The notes under the pieces: model-generated
What the model saw: only the letters and a program-made list of their open reading frames with translations
What the model was told of the DNA's origin: nothing
Database searches by the model: none
Program-made: the position numbers and the translations under genes
Part shown: in pieces, positions 48,567-60,065 of the stretch
Position numbering within the stretch: the stretch's first letter is position 1
How the letters are laid out: every line of letters begins with the position of its first letter
Assembly (NCBI GenBank): GCA_963743885.1
Contig: CAVURJ010000002.1
Span: forward strand, 109,020-173,019
Length of the DNA: 64,000 nucleotides
Direction: 5' to 3'
From: Candidatus Moraniibacteriota bacterium
GTDB lineage: Bacteria; Patescibacteriota; Minisyncoccia; Moranbacterales; UBA1568

Positions 48567-48708
48567 TTATTACCAAGCGTAGCGAGTGAAACGAGAGTTT
48601 ACTCTCGTTTCCGAACGGAGCGCAGGCCCGCTTCGACGGAGCTTCAGCGAGGCGAGTAAAATCGGGTTGAATACCCCGCGGCTTGCCCTGGGGTAAATAC
48701 CCGTTATT
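48567..48708. repeat. Copy B of intergenic repeat family, with hairpin AAACGAGAG-ttta-CTCTCGTTT
   Basis: See copies A, C and D. The hairpin arm sequence differs from copy C but pairing is preserved. Confidence 0.6.
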
Positions 48709-48785
48709 TTTCCGGTTTTGAGCCAAAGAGATGTCTGATGCTACACCTTTTTGGCTTGGTTTGTGATGGGGTTGACGGCTGGTTT

Positions 48786-48812
48786 TTGGCACTCTATAAT
48801 TGAGAGTGCTAA
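48786..48812 (+). promoter_or_regulatory. CIRCE element (HrcA operator) TTGGCACTC-N9-GAGTGCTAA upstream of groEL
   Basis: Matches the CIRCE consensus TTAGCACTC-N9-GAGTGCTAA with one mismatch. Confidence 0.7.
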
Positions 48813-48895
48813 TACTTTTAACTAACAACAAACGACTCACGACTGGCAACCAGAGAAAAGGATCTCTGTTGTTCGTTGTCAGTCGTACGTCGTAA

Positions 48896-50548
<1,653 letters not shown>

Positions 50549-50585
50549 AGCACGAGAGGTATAAGGCAAGAGGTAGGAGACAAGA

Positions 50586-50612
50586 AAAAGAGACGCTCGC
50601 GCCTCTTTTTTG
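50586..50612 (+). terminator. Terminator hairpin after groEL (AAAAAGAG-acgctcgcgc-CTCTTTTTT)
   Basis: Inverted repeat with flanking A/T runs. Confidence 0.5.
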
Positions 50613-50740
50613 TGTTATAATCGTAAGAGAGTTAGCAAATGAAGTAGTTTCAAATGCTGTAAACGCCTATAAATAAACACAGAAAATAAAAACTTGGGCA
50701 AAGCAGACTGAAGATTCCGTATAAGTCCGTTACAGTCCGC

Positions 50741-52513
50741 ATGAGTCCGTGTCAATGTATGCACATCGAACAGGGGCAATTGAAAAGTTTTCTTGAGGAT
50801 TCGAATATCATCCCGAAGGACAAGCTTGAGCCGGCGGCTATCGAGGCGAAGAAGGCCGGCAAGGAGCTTGGCGCTTATCTTCTTGAGAACAAACTCATCA
50901 CCGAAGTGGATCTCCAGAAGACGTATGCGTACGTCCTCGGGATTCCGTTTGTCGATCTGTCCAAAGAGACGATACCGATCGATATTCTCCAGACCGTCCC
51001 GGAGCTGATTGCTAAGAAGTACAATATTGTCTCTTTTGAGCGTTCTGGTGCCAATTTGAAGGTGGCGATGCTCAATCCGGAGGACCTTCAGACGATCGAC
51101 TTCATCAAAAAGAAGACCGGCCTCAAGATCGTGCCGTGCTTGACGAGCCGCGAGAGTATCCAGGCGGCGCTTCGCCAATATGAGAAGAGCCTCAAGGCGG
51201 AGTTTGGCGATATCCTGACGGCCGATATCAAGCCGGAAGGAGATGAGGAGAATGGTGGCGAAGAGAATCTGGCGCAGGTGGCGGCCGGGCTGCCGGTCAT
51301 TCGCATCGTCGATACGCTCCTCAAACATGCGATTCTCGAGTCCGCGAGCGATATCCATATCGAGCCGGAAGAGAAGGAAGTGCATGTGCGCTACCGCATC
51401 GATGGTGTGCTCCATGATGCTATGACCCTGCCAAAGGATGCAGCGCTCGGCATCGTGGCGCGTATCAAGGTGCTTTCCAATCTCAAGCTCGACGAGCACC
51501 GTTTGCCGCAGGACGGCCGTTTCAAGATTGAGAGTGATGAGTACAAGATCTCGTTCCGTGTCTCTATCCTACCAGTCTTCGATGGTGAGAAGATCGTCAT
51601 GCGTCTTCTCGACGAATCGTCCAAGGGACTGACGCTCGAGAAGATGGGCTTTCATCCGATGGCGCTCGAGGCGGTGCAGCGCGAGATCAACAAGCCGAAC
51701 GGCATGATCCTCGTGACAGGACCAACTGGTTCTGGTAAGACGACGACGCTCTATACGGTGATGGATATCTTGAATACGCCGGAAGTGAACATCTCGACGG
51801 TTGAGGATCCAGTGGAATACCGCATGCCGAGGGTCAACCAGACCCAGATTTCAACCAAGATCGGCATGACGTTCGCGGCGGCGCTTCGAGCACTCCTTCG
51901 TCAGGACCCGGACATCATCATGGTCGGTGAAATCCGCGATAGCGAGACGCTCGAGATCGCTATGCATGCTGCTATGACGGGTCATCTCGTGCTCTCGACG
52001 CTTCATACCAATAGCGCTGCGGCGACGTTGCCGCGTATGCTTGATATGGGCGCGGAGCCGTTCCTTATCGCGTCGACTGTGAACGTTATCATCGCGCAGC
52101 GCCTCATCCGCCGTCTCTGCGTCGAATGCAAGAAGCCGTACCAGCTGACTGCCAAGGAAGTGGAGTCACTCGGCAAGTCGTATGATATCGATGCAATCTT
52201 CGAGTATCTGAAGGAAGACAAGGTGAGCGCGAAGTATGTTGCGGATGCCAAGAAATGGGAGGACATCACGTTTTACAAGCCGGGCGGTTGCGAGCAGTGT
52301 GGTGGCGAGGGCTATCGTGGCCGGAGCGGCGTCTATGAGGTGCTTGCTATGGATACGGATATCAGGAAGCTCGTGACGCAGAATGCGACATCGGAAGAGC
52401 TCGAAGATCAGGCACGGAAGAACGGCATGGCGACGATGGTAGAGGACGGCTTCCAGAAGATCGTGCAGGGATCTACGTCGCTCGAGGAGGTCATGCGCGC
52501 CACGAAAGAATAG
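50741..52513 (+). CDS. Type II/IV secretion system ATPase (PilB/GspE family) with N-terminal GSPII_E N-domain and C-terminal Cys4 zinc finger
   Basis: Walker A 'VTGPTGSGKTTTLY', 'IMVGEIRD', His-box; 'CVECKKPY...CEQCGGEGYRGRSGVYEV' tetracysteine motif. Confidence 0.85.
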   Translation: MSPCQCMHIEQGQLKSFLEDSNIIPKDKLEPAAIEAKKAGKELGAYLLENKLITEVDLQKTYAYVLGIPFVDLSKETIPIDILQTVPELIAKKYNIVSFERSGANLKVAMLNPEDLQTIDFIKKKTGLKIVPCLTSRESIQAALRQYEKSLKAEFGDILTADIKPEGDEENGGEENLAQVAAGLPVIRIVDTLLKHAILESASDIHIEPEEKEVHVRYRIDGVLHDAMTLPKDAALGIVARIKVLSNLKLDEHRLPQDGRFKIESDEYKISFRVSILPVFDGEKIVMRLLDESSKGLTLEKMGFHPMALEAVQREINKPNGMILVTGPTGSGKTTTLYTVMDILNTPEVNISTVEDPVEYRMPRVNQTQISTKIGMTFAAALRALLRQDPDIIMVGEIRDSETLEIAMHAAMTGHLVLSTLHTNSAAATLPRMLDMGAEPFLIASTVNVIIAQRLIRRLCVECKKPYQLTAKEVESLGKSYDIDAIFEYLKEDKVSAKYVADAKKWEDITFYKPGGCEQCGGEGYRGRSGVYEVLAMDTDIRKLVTQNATSEELEDQARKNGMATMVEDGFQKIVQGSTSLEEVMRATKE

Positions 52514-52536
52514 TAGGGTATAGGTGATGGGGTGTA

Positions 52537-52570
52537 GGGTATAGTTAAAAAAAATCATGCCGGTTGGCAT
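52537..52570. terminator. Bidirectional terminator (A8-ATCATGCC-ggtt-GGCATGAT-T6) between pilB and rel, flanked by GGGTATAGG/CCTATACCC inverted elements
   Basis: Direct read. Confidence 0.7.
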
Positions 52571-52617
52571 GATTTTTTCCGTATCTCCTGATTTTTCGTC
52601 TTTCTATACCCTATCTA

Positions 52618-54217
52618 CTAAACCCTATACCCTGTCCTATGACTTGAATTCATCATGCCGGAGTTCGCGGCGGATATGGGATCGGGCGCCGGAAGTCCTG
52701 ACGAATCCGAGCCAGTCGCGGCTCGGCCGTTTTTTTCTTTGACGGTCAGGATCTCGATGACCTGGGCATTCTGGATACGATAGTCGAGCGGGACCATCTT
52801 ACCGTCCGCTTTGGCGCCGACGGCGCGGTTGCCTATCTCACTGTGGATGGCATAGGCGAAGTCGATCGGCGTGGCGTCTTCCGGCAGGTCGATGATGTCG
52901 CCTTTCGGTGTGAAAGCGAAGATATGGTTCTTGAAGAATTCGATCTTGAGTACCTTCCATGAATTCTTCGTCGTCGCGGCCGATCTCTTTCTGCCATTCT
53001 CGGAGTTGGCTGACCCAGGCGAGATCCTTGGGAAGCGTGTGGGTATGACGGCCTCTTCTGAAGAGTGAGCGCCAGCCGCTCTTGGCATCCTCAGCGTACA
53101 TCCAGTGGGCTGCGATGCCGTATTCGGCCTCGTCATGCATCTTCTGGGTACGAATCTGGATCTCGAGAACGCGGCCGTCCGGTCCGAAGACAGTGGTATG
53201 GAGCGATTGGTAGCCGTTCGGCTTAGGGAGAGAGATGTAATCCTTGATGCGTCCGACCATGGGACGGTATTCACGGTGGATGATGCCGAGTGCTTCGTAG
53301 CAGTCGGCGATCTCTGGAACGATGATACGAATGGCGATCAGATCGTAGATGCGCGTGATATCCATGTCGTGCGTTCGAAGCTTCTGGTAGAGGCGGTAGA
53401 GGCCTTTGGTGCGTCCGGAAATCCCGATGGTCCGCACTTTCTCTTTCTCGAGCGTTTTTTGGAAAAGCCGTACGGCACGCTCCATGTACTCCTTGCCTTC
53501 ATGAAGATAGGTTTCTTCGATCTTTCTGGTTTCTCGATAGCGTTCCGGGTCGAGGTGGAGGAAGCAGAGGTCTTCGAGTTCGCCTTTGATCTCGCCGATG
53601 CCGAGGCGGTTGGCAATCGGAGCGAAGACTTCCATCGTTTCGCGGGCGATACGTTCGCGTTTCTCGGGACGCAGATGCTCGAGGGTGCGCATGTTATGCA
53701 GGCGGTCGGCCAGCTTGATGATGACGACACGGATGTCCTGCGCCATCGCCATGAACATTTTTCGGAGATTTTCGAGAAAGTACTCTTCTTTGGAACCGCG
53801 GAGTTTGATTTTTCCGAGCTTGGTGATGCCGTCGACGAGGTAGGCAGTTTCCGGGCCGAAGCGCTTCTCGATGTCTTGGAGGGTCACTTCGGTGTCTTCC
53901 GGGACGTCATGGAGCAGCCCGGCGGCGATAGTGTGCTCGTCCATGCCGATCTCGGCGAGGATTTCGGCGACATGGAGCGAGTGGGTAATGTAGTCTTCGC
54001 CGGATTTCCGTTTCTGCCCATGATGGGCTTCTTCAGCGAAGCGGTAGGCCTCCGCGAGGAACTTCTGGTCGTCGCTCGTGAGGGGGTGGACGGCCTTTTT
54101 GAGGATATCTTCGATGGTCGGTGCCGGCATGAGTGGTGTTTCCATAGTGATAGTATAAGCGTTGTCATGGAACATGACAACGCTTGGAATCGCGTCGCTC
54201 GAAAAGAACGAAAACAA
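52618..54217 (-). pseudogene. rel: Bifunctional (p)ppGpp synthetase/hydrolase Rel/SpoT, split by a 1-nt frameshift (HD plus synthetase domains in ORF 52838-54217; TGS domain in ORF 52618-53274)
   Basis: HD motif 'HDVPEDT'. Synthetase 'RTKGLYRLYQKLRTHDMDITRIYDLIAIRIIV'. TGS 'IFAFTPKGDIIDLPEDATPIDFAYAIHSEIGNRAVGAKADGKMVPLDYRIQNAQVIEIL' in a different frame. The junction is near 52945-52975. This could be a sequencing error or a genuine pseudogene. Confidence 0.7.
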
Positions 54218-54336
54218 GCCTTCGCTCTGTTTCTCGCTAGCGGTTATAGAATACGCTGGCTTTTGAGGAAAATCAATGGCGGGGCGGTTTTTTTTGTAGT
54301 ATACTGCAGAAAAGTATCAATCCTCACAAAACGTAT

Positions 54337-55632
54337 ATGCAAAGCATTTCCTCAAAAAATGGATCTGTCCTCGTTTTCTCTCTCATCATTCTTTCTTTCA
54401 TGCTCGTCTCAGCCCTTTCTATCGCGGCTGTTTCCGTATCGGAGCGCAAATCGGCCTCGACGACCGAGCGTTCCAGCCGCTCCTTCCAAGTCGCTGATAC
54501 CGGTGTCGAGAAGGCGCTTCAGAAGATCTACAAGGGCAGCTTCGCTGACCTGAACGCTCTTGCTGGGAGTCTCGGGGGGTCTTGTGCTGGAGCTGTCATT
54601 TCTGGTTCGACCGCATCCGGTTCCTACGAAGTCACTCTTTTTGATAATGATGGCAATGCTATCGCCTGTAACGATGCTTCTTGGCGGGGAAACACTGTCA
54701 AGCTCCGATCCCAAGGCTTCTCCGGCAGCACGACCCGGGCCGTAGAGGTGGCAGTATCGGCATGTGGAAATACGAGCTATCCGGCTGGTCTTGCCCCGAC
54801 GGGTATCGCGTTTGATTCTGTTACCAATTCCATATGGGTGGCGAATAGCTTCAGTGATACCGTCAGCAAGGGTAATGTACATACTGGTTTGAGAGTTGAT
54901 TATCCGGTAGGGTCAAGGCCGAATGGTATCGCATTTGACTCTGTCACGAATTCTATGTGGGTGGTAAATCGTAATTCCGGCACTGTCAGTAAAGTCAATG
55001 TGAATACGGGCGCGAGGACGGATTATATAGTTGGGCCGCCCCTCGTTATTTCCGGGGAGATCACATTCGATCCGGTTACGGAATCTGTATGGGTGACGTT
55101 TGGGTCTGGTAGTGTTGAAAAAATCGATATTCATACTGGGATGATAACTGATGTTTATCCAACCGGTTCTGGATCAATGGGTGTCGCATTCGATCCGGTT
55201 ACGGAATCTGTATGGGTAGTAAATAGAAATGACGACACTGTCAGCAAGGTCGATATCCACACCGGCTCGAGAGTCGATTATCCAGTGGGTGACAACCCGC
55301 TAGGAGCTGCGTTTGATCCTGATACTGGTTCCGTGTGGGTTGCAAACGAGAACTCTGATACCCTTAGCAAGGTCGATATCCACACCGGCTCGAGAGTCGA
55401 TTATCCAGTGGGGGACGGCCCGAATAGGGATGTGTTTGATCCGATCACCCATTCTGTGTGGGTTTCAAATAGGAATGATGATACTGTCAGCAGGGTTAAT
55501 ATCGCTACTGGTTCGAGAGCTGATTATGCCGTAGGAGATAATCCGAGAGCGAATGCTTTTGATTCCGCAACTAATTCTATTTGGGTGTCAAATTATGGTT
55601 CTAACACCATCAGTAGGATCTGTGTAAAATGA
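54337..55632 (+). CDS. Secreted/anchored beta-propeller protein with about 9 YVTN-type 40-residue repeats
   Basis: Hydrophobic N-terminus. Repeats of '(V/I)(D/N)..TG.R.DYPVG..P...AFD..T.S.WV.N...DTVS(K/R)V'. Confidence 0.55.
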   Translation: MQSISSKNGSVLVFSLIILSFMLVSALSIAAVSVSERKSASTTERSSRSFQVADTGVEKALQKIYKGSFADLNALAGSLGGSCAGAVISGSTASGSYEVTLFDNDGNAIACNDASWRGNTVKLRSQGFSGSTTRAVEVAVSACGNTSYPAGLAPTGIAFDSVTNSIWVANSFSDTVSKGNVHTGLRVDYPVGSRPNGIAFDSVTNSMWVVNRNSGTVSKVNVNTGARTDYIVGPPLVISGEITFDPVTESVWVTFGSGSVEKIDIHTGMITDVYPTGSGSMGVAFDPVTESVWVVNRNDDTVSKVDIHTGSRVDYPVGDNPLGAAFDPDTGSVWVANENSDTLSKVDIHTGSRVDYPVGDGPNRDVFDPITHSVWVSNRNDDTVSRVNIATGSRADYAVGDNPRANAFDSATNSIWVSNYGSNTISRICVK

Positions 55633-55651
55633 TCATGGCTTAACCAGAAAG

Positions 55652-55690
55652 AAACCACGACCCGCTGGATGGCAGGTCGTGGTTTTTTTC
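55652..55690 (+). terminator. Rho-independent terminator after the YVTN gene (AAACCACGACC-...-GGTCGTGGTTT + T7)
   Basis: 11-bp perfect stem plus T-run. Confidence 0.7.
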
Positions 55691-55787
55691 ATATTTCACT
55701 AAAGCTTCGGAGTGGTCGCAGGACAGAGGCTATATCTTCATCTTATCCAGTCTGTGATTTTGGCATTCTTTCTTTGAACAGCGGTCA

Positions 55788-55854
55788 GGTATGGTCTTCG
55801 GTCACAGATAATCCGTCCGCTGTCGCGTCCGGATTTCCGCGACCCCGACTCGCG
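55788..55854. repeat. Direct repeat unit 1 (about 65 nt; second unit at 55955-56019)
   Basis: GGT.TGGT(C/T)TTCGGTCACAGATAA(T/C)CCGTCCGC.G.CGCG.CCGGATTTCCGCGACCCCGACTCGCG occurs twice, about 100 nt apart. Confidence 0.65.
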
Positions 55855-55954
55855 CCTGCCTGCCGGTAGGCAAGAGTTTGCGTGAGTAAAGTGTCTACTT
55901 CTTTATTTTATCTGGTCTGTGGTTCGGGCACTCCTTTTTGCTGCAGCGTTCTGG

Positions 55955-56019
55955 GATGGTTTTCGGTCACAGATAACCCGTCCGCCGCCGCGGTCGGATT
56001 TCCGCGACCCCGACTCGCG
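55955..56019. repeat. Direct repeat unit 2
   Basis: About 88% identical to unit 1. Confidence 0.65.
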
Positions 56020-56097
56020 GTTTCGCGTGCTCGCGAAACATCGCTCCGTCTCACGAAAACAGCCGTCCATGCAAAGCAGTTTGCATGGACTTGACGG

Positions 56098-58257
56098 TTA
56101 CTGTTTCAGCTTGTGGGGGTTGTGGTTCGGACAGGCTTTGCTGCTACATCTTTCGGGGATTGTTTTCGTGCCTTCCATCATGAGGGAGTTGCAGAGCAAG
56201 CAGAGGTTTCCGGTTGGTTTGGCCTTGATGGCGTTCTTGCAATCCGGGTAATTGGTGCAGGAATAGAATATCCCGAATCTTCCCTTGCGTTCTGCCATTT
56301 CCCCGTCTTTGCATGCGGGGCATTTGATCCCTGTTGTCTGCTGATTGTTCGCTGTTTTCTGGATGTACTTGCATTTCGGGTAGTTGCTGCAGGCGACGAA
56401 ACGGCCGAAGCGGCCGTCGCGCTCGATGAGCTTACCGTCCTTACAATCGGGACACTTCTCGCCTGTTTCTTTCGGGCCTTCGAGTTCGGTGCCGTCGATA
56501 GTGCGGGCACCAGTGCAGTCAGGGAAGCGCGAGCAGGAGAGGAAGCGACCAGCGCGCGAGAGTTTGACTACCATTGAGGCATCGCATTTCGGGCACTTCA
56601 TATCATCTGGCGCATCGCCCATAGTGGTCGCTTTGGCGACCTTGTCCTTACTCTTCACCTGCTTGGCGAACGGTGTATAGAAATCCGCGAGTGTCTTCGC
56701 GTATTCGCGATTTCCGTTTGCGATATCGTCGAGCCGGTTCTCCATATCGGCCGTGAAGACCTCGGAAAGTATTTCTGAGAAGTGTTCGAAGAGGAAATCG
56801 TCGACGACAATGCCGGTGTCGGTCGCTTTGAGAGATTTGCCTTCCTTTTCGACATAACCGCGATCCTGGATGGTTTTGACGATCGAGGCATAGGTTGATG
56901 GCCGGCCGATACCGCGCTTTTCGAGCTCCTTCACAAGGCCGGCTTCGGTATAGCGCTTGGGAGGATCTGTCTCCTTCGCTTCGGAAGAGATGTCTTCGAG
57001 CGTGAGCGGATCGGATACCGAGACGCTCGGCACCTCGACGTCTTCGCCGCGCGCGGCCGTATCGCAGGCGAGCCAGCCGGCAGAGAGGAGATGCGAGCCA
57101 TTCGCGGAGAAATCTGGGAGGGCTCGATCAGTCGTGTTGGCGATGATCTTGGTGCGGAGGATCTCTGCGTCGGCCATCTGCGAGGCGAGCGTGCGGGTGC
57201 GGATGAGCGCATAGAGCTTCTTCTCCTCATCGGTGAAGCCGGCGGTCTTCTTTCCGGGATCGGTGGGGCGGATGGCTTCGTGGGCTTCCTGGGCGTTCTT
57301 GCTCTTGGTCTTGTATCGACGGACCGAGAGGGCGGCTGCTCCGAATTCCTTGGTCACGACAGCAGCGATAGTCGGAATGATCTCTTCGGAGAGCGAGACC
57401 GAGTCGGTGCGCATATAGGTGATGTAGCCTTTCTCGTAGAGTTTCTGGGCGGCGCGCATGGTGCGGGAAGGGGACATGCCGAGACGGGAGCTGGCGGCCT
57501 GTTGGAGGGTTGATGTCGTGAATGGTGCGTATGGCCGGCGGAGCGCTTCGGTTGCGGTCACATCAGTGATTTCCCACGCACCCTTTTTAGCGAGTGCGAG
57601 GATCTCTTCGGCGCGGGCTGCTTCTTTCGGCTGTTCAGTACAGGAGAAGATGATCGAGTCGCCCTTCTTGGTCTTGCAGGCGGCCTCGATGACATGGTAG
57701 GTCTCTGGGATGAAGGCGCGAATCTCTTTCTCGCGTTCGACGAGGATATGGAGGGCAGGGGACTGGACACGGCCGGCGGAGAGTCCGTAGCGGACTTTCT
57801 TCCAGACGAGACCGGAGAGATCGTAACCGACGAGCCGGTCGAGGACGCGGCGGGCTTCCTGGGCTTTGCGGAGATCAGTATCGAGTGCGCGTGGATGGGC
57901 CACGGCCTCACCTACGGCCTTCTCGGTGATTTCGTAGAAGAGGACGCGCTTAGGTTTCTTGATGCCGCAAACTTCGGCGACGTGCCAGGCAATCGCTTCT
58001 CCTTCGCGGTCGGGGTCAGTAGCGAGCAATACTTCGTCGCTCTTCTTGGCGAGCGCTTTGATATCTCGTACGACGGCTTCCTTGCCCGGCGTGATCTCAT
58101 AGCGCGGAACGAAGCCACCCTCGATGTCGATGGCGGACTTGTTGGATTTCGGGAGGTCGCGGACATGGCCGACCGACGCGACGACCTTGTACCCGCCTTT
58201 CAGGTACTTCTCAATGGTCTTGGCTTTTGATGGTGACTCGACGATGAGGAGTTTCAT
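56098..58257 (-). CDS. topA: DNA topoisomerase I with C-terminal Cys4 zinc-ribbon repeats
   Basis: 'MKLLIVESPSKAKTIEKYL', TOPRIM 'DPDREGEAIAWH', active-site region, multiple C-terminal CxxC...CxxC fingers. Confidence 0.9.
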   Translation of the reverse strand: MKLLIVESPSKAKTIEKYLKGGYKVVASVGHVRDLPKSNKSAIDIEGGFVPRYEITPGKEAVVRDIKALAKKSDEVLLATDPDREGEAIAWHVAEVCGIKKPKRVLFYEITEKAVGEAVAHPRALDTDLRKAQEARRVLDRLVGYDLSGLVWKKVRYGLSAGRVQSPALHILVEREKEIRAFIPETYHVIEAACKTKKGDSIIFSCTEQPKEAARAEEILALAKKGAWEITDVTATEALRRPYAPFTTSTLQQAASSRLGMSPSRTMRAAQKLYEKGYITYMRTDSVSLSEEIIPTIAAVVTKEFGAAALSVRRYKTKSKNAQEAHEAIRPTDPGKKTAGFTDEEKKLYALIRTRTLASQMADAEILRTKIIANTTDRALPDFSANGSHLLSAGWLACDTAARGEDVEVPSVSVSDPLTLEDISSEAKETDPPKRYTEAGLVKELEKRGIGRPSTYASIVKTIQDRGYVEKEGKSLKATDTGIVVDDFLFEHFSEILSEVFTADMENRLDDIANGNREYAKTLADFYTPFAKQVKSKDKVAKATTMGDAPDDMKCPKCDASMVVKLSRAGRFLSCSRFPDCTGARTIDGTELEGPKETGEKCPDCKDGKLIERDGRFGRFVACSNYPKCKYIQKTANNQQTTGIKCPACKDGEMAERKGRFGIFYSCTNYPDCKNAIKAKPTGNLCLLCNSLMMEGTKTIPERCSSKACPNHNPHKLKQ

Positions 58258-58341
58258 ATATCAGTCAACAGCTAACAGTTAACAAAACGCGTAACGGAGG
58301 AAGTTTCTTTCATATGGTTGCACCCGTTTTTTGTTGATTGT

Positions 58342-58453
58342 TTATTACCAAACGAAGTGAGTGAAACGAAAGTGTACTTTCGTTTTCGAGCGAGTGCAGG
58401 TAAAATCGGGTCAAATGCCCCGCGGCTTGCCCTGGGGTGAATACCCGTTATTG
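58342..58453. repeat. Copy C of intergenic repeat family, with hairpin AAACGAAAGT-gt-ACTTTCGTTT
   Basis: See copy B. Compensatory substitutions maintain the stem. Confidence 0.6.
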
Positions 58454-59785
58454 TTTAATGTAATTCATGCCACCTACGTTTTTTACGAGCCCCTTTATTT
58501 CAAGCATCGAGAGTATCGAACTCACGGCTGCAGTTTCCAGTGTAGCTGCCTGGATTATCTTGTCAACGTGGATCGGTTCGTGCGAGAGGCAGCGGAGCAC
58601 TCTTTGTTCTTCCGGAGAGAGGCCGGCGGAGGCTCCTGTAATCGCTGTATCATCAGATTGTGTCGCTGGTATGAGAGCGGGGAATTCTTCCAGAATATCA
58701 CTGACGGATGTCACGATCTTTGCGCCTTCCCGGATGAGCCGGTTGGTGCCGGTCGAGACGGGGGAGAAGATGGATCCTGGTATGGCAAATACCTCCCGAT
58801 TATAATCGAGAGCGAGTCGGGCCGTGATGAGGCTGCCGCTCTCTTCGGCGGCTTCGATGACGACCACGCCGAGGCTCATGCCGGCGATGATGCGGTTGCG
58901 CATCGGGAAGGTGTAGGTATTCGCCGGAGTACCGGGAGGGTATTCGGAGACGAGTGCGCCATGTCCGGCGATCCTTTTGGCAAGCGCGACATTGTTCCTC
59001 GGGTAGAGTGAGGCGTCATCGAGGCCGTTGCCCATGACGGCGATGGTCTCCATGCCGGCTTCAAGCGCGGCTTCGTGTGCCAGGGCGTCGATGCCGTAGG
59101 CGAGGCCAGAGACGACGACGCAGCCGGAGCGGGCGAGATCCTCACCGAGCCGGTAGGCGGCCCGTTCCCCATAGTTCGTGTATTTGCGCGAGCCAACGAT
59201 AGCGATGAGTGGCCTCGGTCGGGACCAATCGTAAGTGCCGCGGGCATAGAGTATATAAGGACTATCCAGAGCCTCTCGGAGTAGCTCTGGGTACGATGGA
59301 TCCGATTTCGAGAGCAGGATTATGCTGTGCGTTTGGAAGCGCTTCCATTCCTGATCAGGATTGATAGAGCACCTTCCTTTGAGGAGGAGGTCTTTAGTCT
59401 TCTGGGAGAGGTCGGCCGAGAAAAGGATGTCGTTCTCCGGGGCGTTCCAGACTGTTTCGCCGCTGCCGAATATCCCGACCAGAGTTTCCAAGCGGTCATT
59501 TCCGGGCTTGAGGATCAGGTTGAGAGCGTGAAGATATTTCCTGTCCATGAGGGTATCTTTTTCTTCTACTATAGATGAGACGAGGATAAAAAGCACGTCA
59601 CAGTAGACAAAGATGTTGTTTTTCGTTATGATAGGTATTGTTTTTAAAGAAGTCGTTTCCGCCAGAGGCGGACGAGTGTAGATTTGGGCCGTTAGCCCCT
59701 CACTTGGAATCAGTAAAAACGCAGATGTACTACGTCTACGTGCTGAAAAGCAAAAAGGATGCCAGTCTGTATATTGGCTACACAA
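58448..59785 (-). CDS. dprA: DNA processing protein DprA (Smf)
   Basis: 'IAIVGSRKYTNYGERAAYRLGEDLARSGCVVVSGLAYGIDALAHEAAL...AVMGNGLD' Rossmann-like DprA core plus a C-terminal wHTH. It is long for DprA, so the true start is probably internal. Confidence 0.8.
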   Translation of the reverse strand: MCSQYTDWHPFCFSARRRSTSAFLLIPSEGLTAQIYTRPPLAETTSLKTIPIITKNNIFVYCDVLFILVSSIVEEKDTLMDRKYLHALNLILKPGNDRLETLVGIFGSGETVWNAPENDILFSADLSQKTKDLLLKGRCSINPDQEWKRFQTHSIILLSKSDPSYPELLREALDSPYILYARGTYDWSRPRPLIAIVGSRKYTNYGERAAYRLGEDLARSGCVVVSGLAYGIDALAHEAALEAGMETIAVMGNGLDDASLYPRNNVALAKRIAGHGALVSEYPPGTPANTYTFPMRNRIIAGMSLGVVVIEAAEESGSLITARLALDYNREVFAIPGSIFSPVSTGTNRLIREGAKIVTSVSDILEEFPALIPATQSDDTAITGASAGLSPEEQRVLRCLSHEPIHVDKIIQAATLETAAVSSILSMLEIKGLVKNVGGMNYIKQ

Positions 59786-59988
59786 GCAATCTGAAAAGGC
59801 GTTTTGAAGAGCATAATTCAGAAAAGAATATCTCTACAAAGCACAAAGCTCCTTTTGAGATTGTTTATTACGAAGCGTATCGATCCATGGCTGATGCGAA
59901 GGATCGTGAGAAGAAACTTAAACGTTTTTCTGGCGCTTCGATACATCTCAAAAAGCGGATCAGTGGTAGTCTGACTGATTCCAAGTGA
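59725..59988 (+). CDS. GIY-YIG nuclease-domain small protein (UPF0213/YhbQ-like) immediately upstream of tRNA-Ala
   Basis: 'MYYVYVLKSKKDASLYIGYTSNLKRRFEEHN' is the GIY-YIG motif. The start is the internal ATG (the track start at 59638 has no support). The stop abuts the tRNA. Confidence 0.65.
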   Translation: MYYVYVLKSKKDASLYIGYTSNLKRRFEEHNSEKNISTKHKAPFEIVYYEAYRSMADAKDREKKLKRFSGASIHLKKRISGSLTDSK

Positions 59989-59989
59989 G

Positions 59990-60065
59990 GGGCCGTTAGC
60001 TCATCTGGTAGAGCACCGCATTTGCAATGCGGGGGTGGCAGGTTCGAGTCCTGTACGGTCCACCC
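59990..60065 (+). tRNA. tRNA-Ala (anticodon TGC)
   Basis: Acceptor GGGCCGT/ACGGTCC (one G-U pair), anticodon loop TTTGCAA, T-arm GCAGG-TTCGAGT-CCTGT. Confidence 0.8.

Noticed and set aside
54337-54420. Type IV prepilin (class III) signal on the YVTN propeller protein N-terminus.
   Set aside because: The hydrophobic N-terminus lacks the G/FTLIE cleavage motif and has no Glu at +5, so it is more likely an ordinary signal anchor.
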